From Minutocellus sp. GHC0000111 (lineage: Eukaryota), in assembly GCA_977018835.1 (NCBI GenBank), contig OZ361258.1:2728001-2792000 (forward strand): 64,000 nucleotides of DNA. Direction: 5' to 3'. Below the pieces are notes generated by a model, which had not been told where the DNA came from, searched no databases, and saw only the letters and a list, made by a program, of their open reading frames with translations. This document shows, piece after piece, positions 47,225 to 62,200 of this stretch. Made by a program: the position numbers and the translations under genes. Position 1 is the stretch's first letter. Each line of letters begins with the position of its first letter.

Positions 47225-50200
47225 CAAGGCCGGTGATACCAAGTGTGCTGCTTGTGAGACTGTCCGCCCTGGATACGAAGACAAGCAAGAGGAGAGCAGC
47301 GATAGTGCTGCCGCGAGTGGGTCTGCCATCGGCGCCGGTGGTTTTAGCTTCGGCGGAGGGGCGAGTACTGCTGCTGCGGCTGCTCCTTCGATTGGATCGG
47401 GAGGATTCAGCTTTGGTGGGGCTACTACATCGGCACCAGCACCAGCACCGGCACCTGTAACTGCTGTATCGTCTGGCGGAGGCTTCAGCTTTGGTGCCAA
47501 GCCATCATCAACTGCAACCAGCTCTACTACCGGAGGATTCAGTTTTGGTGCACCGCCTGCGCCTGCGGGCAAGGTACCGGACAAGGCCGAGAAGAAGAAA
47601 GACGAGAAGGCAGTATCATCCTCAAGTGCAAGTTTCCCCCCTCTTGCGACCAAGGCACCGACGCCCTTCTCGGCAACTGCGAAGGCGAGTGCAGCAGCTC
47701 CAGCAGCCACCGCAAAGCCCGCCGCTTCAAGTAGCGCCTTCCCACCGATGAGTACTGCAGCTCCTAAGAATCCATTCTCGGCAACTGCGAAGGCCCCTGT
47801 TGCTGCGGCTCCAGCACCAGCTCCAGCACCAGCGGCCAAGCCTGCTGCTTCGAGTAGCGCATTCCCGCCGATGAGTACTGCAGCTCCTAAGAATCCGTTC
47901 TCCGCTCCCTCGAAGCCTCCAGCACCAGCACCAGCGGCCAAGCCTGCTGCTTCGAGTAGCGCATTCCCGCCGATGAGTACTGCAGCTCCTAAGAATCCGT
48001 TCTCCGCTCCCTCGAAGCCTCCAGCACCAGCACCAGCGGCCAAGCCTGCTGCTTCGAGTAGCGCATTCCCGCCGATGAGTACTGCAGCTCCTAAGAATCC
48101 GTTCTCCGCTCCCTCGAAGCCTCCAGCACCAGCACCAGCGGCCAAGTCCGCTGCTTCGAGTAGTGCATTCCCGCCGATGAGTACTGCAGCTCCTAAGAAT
48201 CCGTTCGCGTCGGTAAAGCTGACGTCGAGCTCTGCTACAATCGGCAGCACGAGTACGAGCGGTGGCTTTTCGTTTGGCACCCCAAGCACTCTCGGCGGTG
48301 GCAGCGGGGCGCCGGCAACGACCAAGGGCGGCTTTTCGTTTGGATCGACGGGAAGTGCGACCTTTGGCAGTCCACCGGCCAAGTTGGAGGCCCCCAAGGC
48401 CACCGAGCAGGAGAAGTCAGCGCCGATATTTGGCTCTGGGTCGAAGGCTCCGGTCTTTGGAAGCGGCTCTGGCGTTGGTGGTTTTGCGGCCCTCGCATCG
48501 TCTCCAGCTCCTGCTGGTGCTGGTGCAGGGAGCAAGACATCGTCGACTGGCTTTGGTTTTGGCTTTGGCGGTAGCAGTAGTAGTAGTACTAGTGGTGTCA
48601 GCGGTGTTGATTCTTCGATGGTGAAGCCATTGTTTGGATCGGTGCCTGCGGCTGCTCCTGCGCCTACGTCTGAAGCCGCACCTGCTCCTGCGCCGGCTGG
48701 TGCATCTGCGACTGACAATGGTACCGACAACATTAGGGAAGACGATGTTGGAGTATCAGGAACGGCGAAGCCTTTGTCGGATACTGATGAGGCGAGGACA
48801 GCCACGGCCGTCTTTGATTCTCTCGATGAGGGCAAGAAGGGCAGGGTACCGGCCTCAATGTTCGAGGCGCTCACCGACGAGCTTGGCGAAGGCTTCCACG
48901 GGGACGAGTTCGACAAGCAACTTGCCATCATCGACCCTGAAGGGACGGGCTTCATCGCTCGGTCCTCCTTTGCGGCATGGTACTCGGAGCTTGTCCTCGG
49001 AGGCTCTGGAGATGGCGAAGATGGTTCCGATGCTGGATCGCTCGACACTGAGGAGCGAGAAGAACGTGAGGAGGAGCGTCAGAATGCTGACGAGGCCTTT
49101 ACTGCCGCGGCTGGTGAGGATGTGGACGTCCTTGCCGTGTCAGCCTTCAGTGATCTGATTGAGTCTATGGGCACGACTTACTGCGAAGAGGAGCACCGAC
49201 GTACCATCAAGAAAATTAGCAGCGAGGATGGCGCTACGATATCTCGTGATGCTTTCGTCGCTTGGTATTTGGACTGGCTCTTTGGAGGCGATGAGTCCGA
49301 TATCGAGAGCGACGAAGGTGAAGATGACGAGGATGGTGATGCCGACGGTGCTGGTGGTACTGGCGGTGCATCGTCATCGGAGGGATGGGGAGGTACCTTT
49401 GGCGCTGCCGAGGAGGGTTCCTGGAAGTGCGATGCTTGTATGGTCCGGAACAAGGCTTCAGATGCCAAATGTGCTGCCTGTGAGACTGCACGCCCTGGAT
49501 ACGAAGCCAAGGCTGCGGAGGTATCGAGCGGCGATGGCTCGGCCACTGCGTCGTCAGCGGCGGCGTTTGCATCTGAGATAGGAACTGGTGGATTTTCATT
49601 CGGTGGCGGTGGTAGTAGCAGCAGTACCGCGGCACCTGCTCCTGCCTCATCCTCATCGATTGGAGCCGGCGGCTTCAGCTTTGGTGGCAATACTACTACT
49701 AGCAGCGCAGCGACACCAGCTCCGGCCTTTGGCGCATCATCGGCGGTCTCGTCCTCATCTTCAGGCGGAGGCTTCGCGTTTGGTGCGCCCGCCACTGCAG
49801 CACCAGCTCCACCTTCGGGAGTAGGAGGAGGAGGCTTTACGTTCGGCGTCAAGCCTGCCGTCACATCTGCTGCATCTGACAAAGTGAATCCTGACGCCAC
49901 CGCACCCTCAGCTGCCCAACAAGAGAATCCGGCAGCGGAAAAAGAAGACGACGAGGTCTACTCAGACGACCTCATCGGCACCGCCGACACAGCACGGACG
50001 GCCTACGATGAGATCGCTGAGGGTGCAACATCTCTTCCCAGCAGCAGATTCGACGATCTGCTCGATGTGGTCGGCGAGGGCTTCTATGGCGACGAGAAGG
50101 ACGAGCAGCTTGCCATCATCGATCCGAGCAGCACCGGCACCATTACCAAGAAGGCCTTTGTTTCGTGGTACGTCAACTTCGTCACCGCTGCAGATGCCGA

Positions 50201-53200
50201 CGATGACGAGTCGGCCTCGTTAGATACCGCCGACCGCGAAGAACGCGAGGAGGAAAGGCAGAACGCCGACCAGGCCTTTACTGACACCGTCGGCGAGGGC
50301 GTCGATGTTATTGACTCGGCCGCCTTTGGAGATCTGATTGAGTCGATGGGCACTACATACTGTGAGGAAGAGCATCGCCGCACCATCAAGAAGATTAGCG
50401 GTGCGGATGGGAAGATTTCCCGCGATGCATTCATTGCATGGTATCTTGACTGGTTGTTTGGGGGTGATGAGTCCGACATCGAGACGGATGAGGAGGACGA
50501 AGCCGGCGAAGAAGAAGAGAGACCGGCCACATCGGGTGGAGAAGGGTGGGGCAATGCATTCGGCGTCGAGGAAGGATCCTGGAAGTGCGATGCTTGCATG
50601 GTGCGTAACAAGGCCGGTGATACCAAGTGTGCTGCTTGTGAGACTGTCCGCCCTGGATACGAAGACAAGCAAGAGGAGAGCAGCGATAGTGCTGCCGCGA
50701 GTGGGTCTGCCATCGGCGCCGGTGGTTTTAGCTTCGGCGGAGGGGCGAGTACTGCTGCTGCGGCCGCTCCTTCGATTGGATCGGGAGGATTCAGCTTTGG
50801 TGGGGCTACTACATCGGCACCAGCACCAGCACCGGCACCTGTAACTGCTGTATCGTCTGGCGGAGGCTTCAGCTTTGGTGCCAAGCCATCATCAACTGCA
50901 ACCAGCTCTACTACCGGAGGATTCAGTTTTGGTGCACCGCCTGCGCCTGCGGGCAAGGTACCGGACAAGGCCGAGAAGAAGAAAGACGAGAAGGCAGTAT
51001 CATCCTCAAGTGCAAGTTTCCCCCCTCTTGCGACCAAGGCACCGACGCCCTTCTCGGCAACTGCGAAGGCGAGTGCAGCAGCTCCAGCAGCCACCGCAAA
51101 GCCCGCCGCTTCAAGTAGCGCCTTCCCACCGATGAGTACTGCAGCTCCTAAGAATCCATTCTCGGCAACTGCGAAGGCCCCTGTTGCTGCGGCTCCAGCA
51201 CCAGCTCCAGCACCAGCGGCCAAGCCTGCTGCTTCGAGTAGCGCATTCCCGCCGATGAGTACTGCAGCTCCTAAGAATCCGTTCTCCGCTCCCTCGAAGC
51301 CTCCAGCACCAGCACCAGCGGCCAAGCCTGCTGCTTCGAGTAGCGCATTCCCGCCGATGAGTACTGCAGCTCCTAAGAATCCGTTCTCCGCTCCCTCGAA
51401 GCCTCCAGCACCAGCACCAGCGGCCAAGCCTGCTGCTTCGAGTAGCGCATTCCCGCCGATGAGTACTGCAGCTCCTAAGAATCCGTTCTCCGCTCCCTCG
51501 AAGCCTCCAGCACCAGCACCAGCGGCCAAGTCCGCTGCTTCGAGTAGTGCATTCCCGCCGATGAGTACTGCAGCTCCTAAGAATCCGTTCGCGTCGGTAA
51601 AGCTGACGTCGAGCTCTGCTACAATCGGCAGCACGAGTACGAGCGGTGGCTTTTCGTTTGGCACCCCAAGCACTCTCGGCGGTGGCAGCGGGGCGCCGGC
51701 AACGACCAAGGGCGGCTTTTCGTTTGGATCGACGGGAAGTGCGACCTTTGGCAGTCCACCGGCCAAGTTGGAGGCCCCCAAGGCCACCGAGCAGGAGAAG
51801 TCAGCGCCGATATTTGGCTCTGGGTCGAAGGCTCCGGTCTTTGGAAGCGGCTCTGGCGTTGGTGGTTTTGCGGCCCTCGCATCGTCTCCAGCTCCTGCTG
51901 GTGCTGGTGCAGGGAGCAAGACATCGTCGACTGGCTTTGGTTTTGGCTTTGGCGGTAGCAGTAGTAGTAGTACTAGTGGTGTCAGCGGTGTTGATTCTTC
52001 GATGGTGAAGCCATTGTTTGGATCGGTGCCTGCGGCTGCTCCTGCGCCTACGTCTGAAGCCGCACCTGCTCCTGCGCCGGCTGGTGCATCTGCGACTGAC
52101 AATGGTACCGACAACATTAGGGAAGACGATGTTGGAGTATCAGGAACGGCGAAGCCTTTGTCGGATACTGATGAGGCGAGGACAGCCACGGCCGTCTTTG
52201 ATTCTCTCGATGAGGGCAAGAAGGGCAGGGTACCGGCCTCAATGTTCGAGGCGCTCACCGACGAGCTTGGCGAAGGCTTCCACGGGGACGAGTTCGACAA
52301 GCAACTTGCCATCATCGACCCTGAAGGGACGGGCTTCATCGCTCGGTCCTCCTTTGCGGCATGGTACTCGGAGCTTGTCCTCGGAGGCTCTGGAGATGGC
52401 GAAGATGGTTCCGATGCTGGATCGCTCGACACTGAGGAGCGAGAAGAACGTGAGGAGGAGCGTCAGAATGCTGACGAGGCCTTTACTGCCGCGGCTGGTG
52501 AGGATGTGGACGTCCTTGCCGTGTCAGCCTTCAGTGATCTGATTGAGTCTATGGGCACGACTTACTGCGAAGAGGAGCACCGACGTACCATCAAGAAAAT
52601 TAGCAGCGAGGATGGCGCTACGATATCTCGTGATGCTTTCGTCGCTTGGTATTTGGACTGGCTCTTTGGAGGCGATGAGTCCGATATCGAGAGCGACGAA
52701 GGTGAAGATGACGAGGATGGTGATGCCGACGGTGCTGGTGGTACTGGCGGTGCATCGTCATCGGAGGGATGGGGAGGTACCTTTGGCGCTGCCGAGGAGG
52801 GTTCCTGGAAGTGCGATGCTTGTATGGTCCGGAACAAGGCTTCAGATGCCAAATGTGCTGCCTGTGAGACTGCACGCCCTGGATACGAAGCCAAGGCTGC
52901 GGAGGTATCGAGCGGCGATGGCTCGGCCACTGCGTCGTCAGCGGCGGCGTTTGCATCTGAGATAGGAACTGGTGGATTTTCATTCGGTGGCGGTGGTAGT
53001 AGCAGCAGTACCGCGGCACCTGCTCCTGCCTCATCCTCATCGATTGGAGCCGGCGGCTTCAGCTTTGGTGGCAATACTACTACTAGCAGCGCAGCGACAC
53101 CAGCTCCGGCCTTTGGCGCATCATCGGCGGTCTCGTCCTCATCTTCAGGCGGAGGCTTCGCGTTTGGTGCGCCCGCCACTGCAGCACCAGCTCCACCTTC

Positions 53201-56200
53201 GGGAGTAGGAGGAGGAGGCTTTACGTTCGGCGTCAAGCCTGCCGTCACATCTGCTGCATCTGACAAAGTGAATCCTGACGCCACCGCACCCTCAGCTGCC
53301 CAACAAGAGAATCCGGCAGCGGAAAAAGAAGACGACGAGGTCTACTCAGACGACCTCATCGGCACCGCCGACACAGCACGGACGGCCTACGATGAGATCG
53401 CTGAGGGTGCAACATCTCTTCCCAGCAGCAGATTCGACGATCTGCTCGATGTGGTCGGCGAGGGCTTCTATGGCGACGAGAAGGACGAGCAGCTTGCCAT
53501 CATCGATCCGAGCAGCACCGGCACCATTACCAAGAAGGCCTTTGTTTCGTGGTACGTCAACTTCGTCACCGCTGCAGATGCCGACGATGACGAGTCGGCC
53601 TCGTTAGATACCGCCGACCGCGAAGAACGCGAGGAGGAAAGGCAGAACGCCGACCAGGCCTTTACTGACACCGTCGGCGAGGGCATCGATGTTATTGACT
53701 CGGCCGCCTTTGGAGATCTGATTGAGTCGATGGGCACTACATACTGTGAGGAAGAGCATCGCCGCACCATCAAGAAGATTAGCGGTGCGGATGGGAAGAT
53801 TTCCCGCGATGCATTCATTGCATGGTATCTTGACTGGTTGTTTGGGGGTGATGAGTCCGACATCGAGACGGATGAGGAGGACGAAGCCGGCGAAGAAGAA
53901 GAGAGACCGGCCACATCGGGTGGAGAAGGGTGGGGCAATGCATTCGGCGTCGAGGAAGGATCCTGGAAGTGCGATGCTTGCATGGTGCGTAACAAGGCCG
54001 GTGATACCAAGTGTGCTGCTTGTGAGACTGTCCGCCCTGGATACGAAGACAAGCAAGAGGAGAGCAGCGATAGTGCTGCCGCGAGTGGGTCTGCCATCGG
54101 CGCCGGTGGTTTTAGCTTCGGCGGAGGGGCGAGTACTGCTGCTGCGGCCGCTCCTTCGATTGGATCGGGAGGATTCAGCTTTGGTGGGGCTACTACATCG
54201 GCACCAGCACCAGCACCGGCACCTGTAACTGCTGTATCGTCTGGCGGAGGCTTCAGCTTTGGTGCCAAGCCATCATCAACTGCAACCAGCTCTACTACCG
54301 GAGGATTCAGTTTTGGTGCACCGCCTGCGCCTGCGGGCAAGGTACCGGACAAGGCCGAGAAGAAGAAAGACGAGAAGGCAGTATCATCCTCAAGTGCAAG
54401 TTTCCCCCCTCTTGCGACCAAGGCACCGACGCCCTTCTCGGCAACTGCGAAGGCGAGTGCAGCAGCTCCAGCAGCCACCGCAAAGCCCGCCGCTTCAAGT
54501 AGCGCCTTCCCACCGATGAGTACTGCAGCTCCTAAGAATCCATTCTCGGCAACTGCGAAGGCCCCTGTTGCTGCGGCTCCAGCACCAGCTCCAGCACCAG
54601 CGGCCAAGCCTGCTGCTTCGAGTAGCGCATTCCCGCCGATGAGTACTGCAGCTCCTAAGAATCCGTTCTCCGCTCCCTCGAAGCCTCCAGCACCAGCACC
54701 AGCGGCCAAGCCTGCTGCTTCGAGTAGCGCATTCCCGCCGATGAGTACTGCAGCTCCTAAGAATCCGTTCTCCGCTCCCTCGAAGCCTCCAGCACCAGCA
54801 CCAGCGGCCAAGCCTGCTGCTTCGAGTAGCGCATTCCCGCCGATGAGTACTGCAGCTCCTAAGAATCCGTTCTCCGCTCCCTCGAAGCCTCCAGCACCAG
54901 CACCAGCGGCCAAGTCCGCTGCTTCGAGTAGTGCATTCCCGCCGATGAGTACTGCAGCTCCTAAGAATCCGTTCGCGTCGGTAAAGCTGACGTCGAGCTC
55001 TGCTACAATCGGCAGCACGAGTACGAGCGGTGGCTTTTCGTTTGGCACCCCAAGCACTCTCGGCGGTGGCAGCGGGGCGCCGGCAACGACCAAGGGCGGC
55101 TTTTCGTTTGGATCGACGGGAAGTGCGACCTTTGGCAGTCCACCGGCCAAGTTGGAGGCCCCCAAGGCCACCGAGCAGGAGAAGTCAGCGCCGATATTTG
55201 GCTCTGGGTCGAAGGCTCCGGTCTTTGGAAGCGGCTCTGGCGTTGGTGGTTTTGCGGCCCTCGCATCGTCTCCAGCTCCTGCTGGTGCTGGTGCAGGGAG
55301 CAAGACATCGTCGACTGGCTTTGGTTTTGGCTTTGGCGGTAGCAGTAGTAGTAGTACTAGTGGTGTCAGCGGTGTTGATTCTTCGATGGTGAAGCCATTG
55401 TTTGGATCGGTGCCTGCGGCTGCTCCTGCGCCTACGTCTGAAGCCGCACCTGCTCCTGCGCCGGCTGGTGCATCTGCGACTGACAATGGTACCGACAACA
55501 TTAGGGAAGACGATGTTGGAGTATCAGGAACGGCGAAGCCTTTGTCGGATACTGATGAGGCGAGGACAGCCACGGCCGTCTTTGATTCTCTCGATGAGGG
55601 CAAGAAGGGCAGGGTACCGGCCTCAATGTTCGAGGCGCTCACCGACGAGCTTGGCGAAGGCTTCCACGGGGACGAGTTCGACAAGCAACTTGCCATCATC
55701 GACCCTGAAGGGACGGGCTTCATCGCTCGGTCCTCCTTTGCGGCATGGTACTCGGAGCTTGTCCTCGGAGGCTCTGGAGATGGCGAAGATGGTTCCGATG
55801 CTGGATCGCTCGACACTGAGGAGCGAGAAGAACGTGAGGAGGAGCGTCAGAATGCTGACGAGGCCTTTACTGCCGCGGCTGGTGAGGATGTGGACGTCCT
55901 TGCCGTGTCAGCCTTCAGTGATCTGATTGAGTCTATGGGCACGACTTACTGCGAAGAGGAGCACCGACGTACCATCAAGAAAATTAGCAGCGAGGATGGC
56001 GCTACGATATCTCGTGATGCTTTCGTCGCTTGGTATTTGGACTGGCTCTTTGGAGGCGATGAGTCCGATATCGAGAGCGACGAAGGTGAAGATGACGAGG
56101 ATGGTGATGCCGACGGTGCTGGTGGTACTGGCGGTGCATCGTCATCGGAGGGATGGGGAGGTACCTTTGGCGCTGCCGAGGAGGGTTCCTGGAAGTGCGA

Positions 56201-59200
56201 TGCTTGTATGGTCCGGAACAAGGCTTCAGATGCCAAATGTGCTGCCTGTGAGACTGCACGCCCTGGATACGAAGCCAAGGCTGCGGAGGTATCGAGCGGC
56301 GATGGCTCGGCCACTGCGTCGTCAGCGGCGGCGTTTGCATCTGAGATAGGAACTGGTGGATTTTCATTCGGTGGCGGTGGTAGTAGCAGCAGTACCGCGG
56401 CACCTGCTCCTGCCTCATCCTCATCGATTGGAGCCGGCGGCTTCAGCTTTGGTGGCAATACTACTACTAGCAGCGCAGCGACACCAGCTCCGGCCTTTGG
56501 CGCATCATCGGCGGTCTCGTCCTCATCTTCAGGCGGAGGCTTCGCGTTTGGTGCGCCCGCCACTGCAGCACCAGCTCCACCTTCGGGAGTAGGAGGAGGA
56601 GGCTTTACGTTCGGCGTCAAGCCTGCCGTCACATCTGCTGCATCTGACAAAGTGAATCCTGACGCCACCGCACCCTCAGCTGCCCAACAAGAGAATCCGG
56701 CAGCGGAAAAAGAAGACGACGAGGTCTACTCAGACGACCTCATCGGCACCGCCGACACAGCACGGACGGCCTACGATGAGATCGCTGAGGGTGCAACATC
56801 TCTTCCCAGCAGCAGATTCGACGATCTGCTCGATGTGGTCGGCGAGGGCTTCTATGGCGACGAGAAGGACGAGCAGCTTGCCATCATCGATCCGAGCAGC
56901 ACCGGCACCATTACCAAGAAGGCCTTTGTTTCGTGGTACGTCAACTTCGTCACCGCTGCAGATGCCGACGATGACGAGTCGGCCTCGTTAGATACCGCCG
57001 ACCGCGAAGAACGCGAGGAGGAAAGGCAGAACGCCGACCAGGCCTTTACTGACACCGTCGGCGAGGGCGTCGATGTTATTGACTCGGCCGCCTTTGGAGA
57101 TCTGATTGAGTCGATGGGCACTACATACTGTGAGGAAGAGCATCGCCGCACCATCAAGAAGATTAGCGGTGCGGATGGGAAGATTTCCCGCGATGCATTC
57201 ATTGCATGGTATCTTGACTGGTTGTTTGGGGGTGATGAGTCCGACATCGAGACGGATGAGGAGGACGAAGCCGGCGAAGAAGAAGAGAGACCGGCCACAT
57301 CGGGTGGAGAAGGGTGGGGCAATGCATTCGGCGTCGAGGAAGGATCCTGGAAGTGCGATGCTTGCATGGTGCGTAACAAGGCCGGTGATACCAAGTGTGC
57401 TGCTTGTGAGACTGTCCGCCCTGGATACGAAGACAAGCAAGAGGAGAGCAGCGATAGTGCTGCCGCGAGTGGGTCTGCCATCGGCGCCGGTGGTTTTAGC
57501 TTCGGCGGAGGGGCGAGTACTGCTGCTGCGGCCGCTCCTTCGATTGGATCGGGAGGATTCAGCTTTGGTGGGGCTACTACATCGGCACCAGCACCAGCAC
57601 CGGCACCTGTAACTGCTGTATCGTCTGGCGGAGGCTTCAGCTTTGGTGCCAAGCCATCATCAACTGCAACCAGCTCTACTACCGGAGGATTCAGTTTTGG
57701 TGCACCGCCTGCGCCTGCGGGCAAGGTACCGGACAAGGCCGAGAAGAAGAAAGACGAGAAGGCAGTATCATCCTCAAGTGCAAGTTTCCCCCCTCTTGCG
57801 ACCAAGGCACCGACGCCCTTCTCGGCAACTGCGAAGGCGAGTGCAGCAGCTCCAGCAGCCACCGCAAAGCCCGCCGCTTCAAGTAGCGCCTTCCCACCGA
57901 TGAGTACTGCAGCTCCTAAGAATCCATTCTCGGCAACTGCGAAGGCCCCTGTTGCTGCGGCTCCAGCACCAGCTCCAGCACCAGCGGCCAAGCCTGCTGC
58001 TTCGAGTAGCGCATTCCCGCCGATGAGTACTGCAGCTCCTAAGAATCCGTTCTCCGCTCCCTCGAAGCCTCCAGCACCAGCACCAGCGGCCAAGCCTGCT
58101 GCTTCGAGTAGCGCATTCCCGCCGATGAGTACTGCAGCTCCTAAGAATCCGTTCTCCGCTCCCTCGAAGCCTCCAGCACCAGCACCAGCGGCCAAGCCTG
58201 CTGCTTCGAGTAGCGCATTCCCGCCGATGAGTACTGCAGCTCCTAAGAATCCGTTCTCCGCTCCCTCGAAGCCTCCAGCACCAGCACCAGCGGCCAAGTC
58301 CGCTGCTTCGAGTAGTGCATTCCCGCCGATGAGTACTGCAGCTCCTAAGAATCCGTTCGCGTCGGTAAAGCTGACGTCGAGCTCTGCTACAATCGGCAGC
58401 ACGAGTACGAGCGGTGGCTTTTCGTTTGGCACCCCAAGCACTCTCGGCGGTGGCAGCGGGGCGCCGGCAACGACCAAGGGCGGCTTTTCGTTTGGATCGA
58501 CGGGAAGTGCGACCTTTGGCAGTCCACCGGCCAAGTTGGAGGCCCCCAAGGCCACCGAGCAGGAGAAGTCAGCGCCGATATTTGGCTCTGGGTCGAAGGC
58601 TCCGGTCTTTGGAAGCGGCTCTGGCGTTGGTGGTTTTGCGGCCCTCGCATCGTCTCCAGCTCCTGCTGGTGCTGGTGCAGGGAGCAAGACATCGTCGACT
58701 GGCTTTGGTTTTGGCTTTGGCGGTAGCAGTAGTAGTAGTACTAGTGGTGTCAGCGGTGTTGATTCTTCGATGGTGAAGCCATTGTTTGGATCGGTGCCTG
58801 CGGCTGCTCCTGCGCCTACGTCTGAAGCCGCACCTGCTCCTGCGCCGGCTGGTGCATCTGCGACTGACAATGGTACCGACAACATTAGGGAAGACGATGT
58901 TGGAGTATCAGGAACGGCGAAGCCTTTGTCGGATACTGATGAGGCGAGGACAGCCACGGCCGTCTTTGATTCTCTCGATGAGGGCAAGAAGGGCAGGGTA
59001 CCGGCCTCAATGTTCGAGGCGCTCACCGACGAGCTTGGCGAAGGCTTCCACGGGGACGAGTTCGACAAGCAACTTGCCATCATCGACCCTGAAGGGACGG
59101 GCTTCATCGCTCGGTCCTCCTTTGCGGCATGGTACTCGGAGCTTGTCCTCGGAGGCTCTGGAGATGGCGAAGATGGTTCCGATGCTGGATCGCTCGACAC

Positions 59201-62200
59201 TGAGGAGCGAGAAGAACGTGAGGAGGAGCGTCAGAATGCTGACGAGGCCTTTACTGCCGCGGCTGGTGAGGATGTGGACGTCCTTGCCGTGTCAGCCTTC
59301 AGTGATCTGATTGAGTCTATGGGCACGACTTACTGCGAAGAGGAGCACCGACGTACCATCAAGAAAATTAGCAGCGAGGATGGCGCTACGATATCTCGTG
59401 ATGCTTTCGTCGCTTGGTATTTGGACTGGCTCTTTGGAGGCGATGAGTCCGATATCGAGAGCGACGAAGGTGAAGATGACGAGGATGGTGATGCCGACGG
59501 TGCTGGTGGTACTGGCGGTGCATCGTCATCGGAGGGATGGGGAGGTACCTTTGGCGCTGCCGAGGAGGGTTCCTGGAAGTGCGATGCTTGTATGGTCCGG
59601 AACAAGGCTTCAGATGCCAAATGTGCTGCCTGTGAGACTGCACGCCCTGGATACGAAGCCAAGGCTGCGGAGGTATCGAGCGGCGATGGCTCGGCCACTG
59701 CGTCGTCAGCGGCGGCGTTTGCATCTGAGATAGGAACTGGTGGATTTTCATTCGGTGGCGGTGGTAGTAGCAGCAGTACCGCGGCACCTGCTCCTGCCTC
59801 ATCCTCATCGATTGGAGCCGGCGGCTTCAGCTTTGGTGGCAATACTACTACTAGCAGCGCAGCGACACCAGCTCCGGCCTTTGGCGCATCATCGGCGGTC
59901 TCGTCCTCATCTTCAGGCGGAGGCTTCGCGTTTGGTGCGCCCGCCACTGCAGCACCAGCTCCACCTTCGGGAGTAGGAGGAGGAGGCTTTACGTTCGGCG
60001 TCAAGCCTGCCGTCACATCTGCTGCATCTGACAAAGTGAATCCTGACGCCACCGCACCCTCAGCTGCCCAACAAGAGAATCCGGCAGCGGAAAAAGAAGA
60101 CGACGAGGTCTACTCAGACGACCTCATCGGCACCGCCGACACAGCACGGACGGCCTACGATGAGATCGCTGAGGGTGCAACATCTCTTCCCAGCAGCAGA
60201 TTCGACGATCTGCTCGATGTGGTCGGCGAGGGCTTCTATGGCGACGAGAAGGACGAGCAGCTTGCCATCATCGATCCGAGCAGCACCGGCACCATTACCA
60301 AGAAGGCCTTTGTTTCGTGGTACGTCAACTTCGTCACCGCTGCAGATGCCGACGATGACGAGTCGGCCTCGTTAGATACCGCCGACCGCGAAGAACGCGA
60401 GGAGGAAAGGCAGAACGCCGACCAGGCCTTTACTGACACCGTCGGCGAGGGCATCGATGTTATTGACTCGGCCGCCTTTGGAGATCTGATTGAGTCGATG
60501 GGCACTACATACTGTGAGGAAGAGCATCGCCGCACCATCAAGAAGATTAGCGGTGCGGATGGGAAGATTTCCCGCGATGCATTCATTGCATGGTATCTTG
60601 ACTGGTTGTTTGGGGGTGATGAGTCCGACATCGAGACGGATGAGGAGGACGAAGCCGGCGAAGAAGAAGAGAGACCGGCCACATCGGGTGGAGAAGGGTG
60701 GGGCAATGCATTCGGCGTCGAGGAAGGATCCTGGAAGTGCGATGCTTGCATGGTGCGTAACAAGGCCGGTGATACCAAGTGTGCTGCTTGTGAGACTGTC
60801 CGCCCTGGATACGAAGACAAGCAAGAGGAGAGCAGCGATAGTGCTGCCGCGAGTGGGTCTGCCATCGGCGCCGGTGGTTTTAGCTTCGGCGGAGGGGCGA
60901 GTACTGCTGCTGCGGCCGCTCCTTCGATTGGATCGGGAGGATTCAGCTTTGGTGGGGCTACTACATCGGCACCAGCACCAGCACCGGCACCTGTAACTGC
61001 TGTATCGTCTGGCGGAGGCTTCAGCTTTGGTGCCAAGCCATCATCAACTGCAACCAGCTCTACTACCGGAGGATTCAGTTTTGGTGCACCGCCTGCGCCT
61101 GCGGGCAAGGTACCGGACAAGGCCGAGAAGAAGAAAGACGAGAAGGCAGTATCATCCTCAAGTGCAAGTTTCCCCCCTCTTGCGACCAAGGCACCGACGC
61201 CCTTCTCGGCAACTGCGAAGGCGAGTGCAGCAGCTCCAGCAGCCACCGCAAAGCCCGCCACTTCAAGTAGCGCCTTCCCACCGATGAGTACTGCAGCTCC
61301 TAAGAATCCATTCTCGGCAACTGCGAAGGCCCCTGTTGCTGCGGCTCCAGCACCAGCTCCAGCACCAGCGGCCAAGCCTGCTGCTTCGAGTAGCGCATTC
61401 CCGCCGATGAGTACTGCAGCTCCTAAGAATCCGTTCTCCGCTCCCTCGAAGCCTCCAGCACCAGCACCAGCGGCCAAGCCTGCTGCTTCGAGTAGCGCAT
61501 TCCCGCCGATGAGTACTGCAGCTCCTAAGAATCCGTTCTCCGCTCCCTCGAAGCCTCCAGCACCAGCACCAGCGGCCAAGCCTGCTGCTTCGAGTAGCGC
61601 ATTCCCGCCGATGAGTACTGCAGCTCCTAAGAATCCGTTCTCCGCTCCCTCGAAGCCTCCAGCACCAGCACCAGCGGCCAAGTCCGCTGCTTCGAGTAGT
61701 GCATTCCCGCCGATGAGTACTGCAGCTCCTAAGAATCCGTTCGCGTCGGTAAAGCTGACGTCGAGCTCTGCTACAATCGGCAGCACGAGTACGAGCGGTG
61801 GCTTTTCGTTTGGCACCCCAAGCACTCTCGGCGGTGGCAGCGGGGCGCCGGCAACGACCAAGGGCGGCTTTTCGTTTGGATCGACGGGAAGTGCGACCTT
61901 TGGCAGTCCACCGGCCAAGTTGGAGGCCCCCAAGGCCACCGAGCAGGAGAAGTCAGCGCCGATATTTGGCTCTGGGTCGAAGGCTCCGGTCTTTGGAAGC
62001 GGCTCTGGCGTTGGTGGTTTTGCGGCCCTCGCATCGTCTCCAGCTCCTGCTGGTGCTGGTGCAGGGAGCAAGACATCGTCGACTGGCTTTGGTTTTGGCT
62101 TTGGCGGTAGCAGTAGTAGTAGTACTAGTGGTGTCAGCGGTGTTGATTCTTCGATGGTGAAGCCATTGTTTGGATCGGTGCCTGCGGCTGCTCCTGCGCC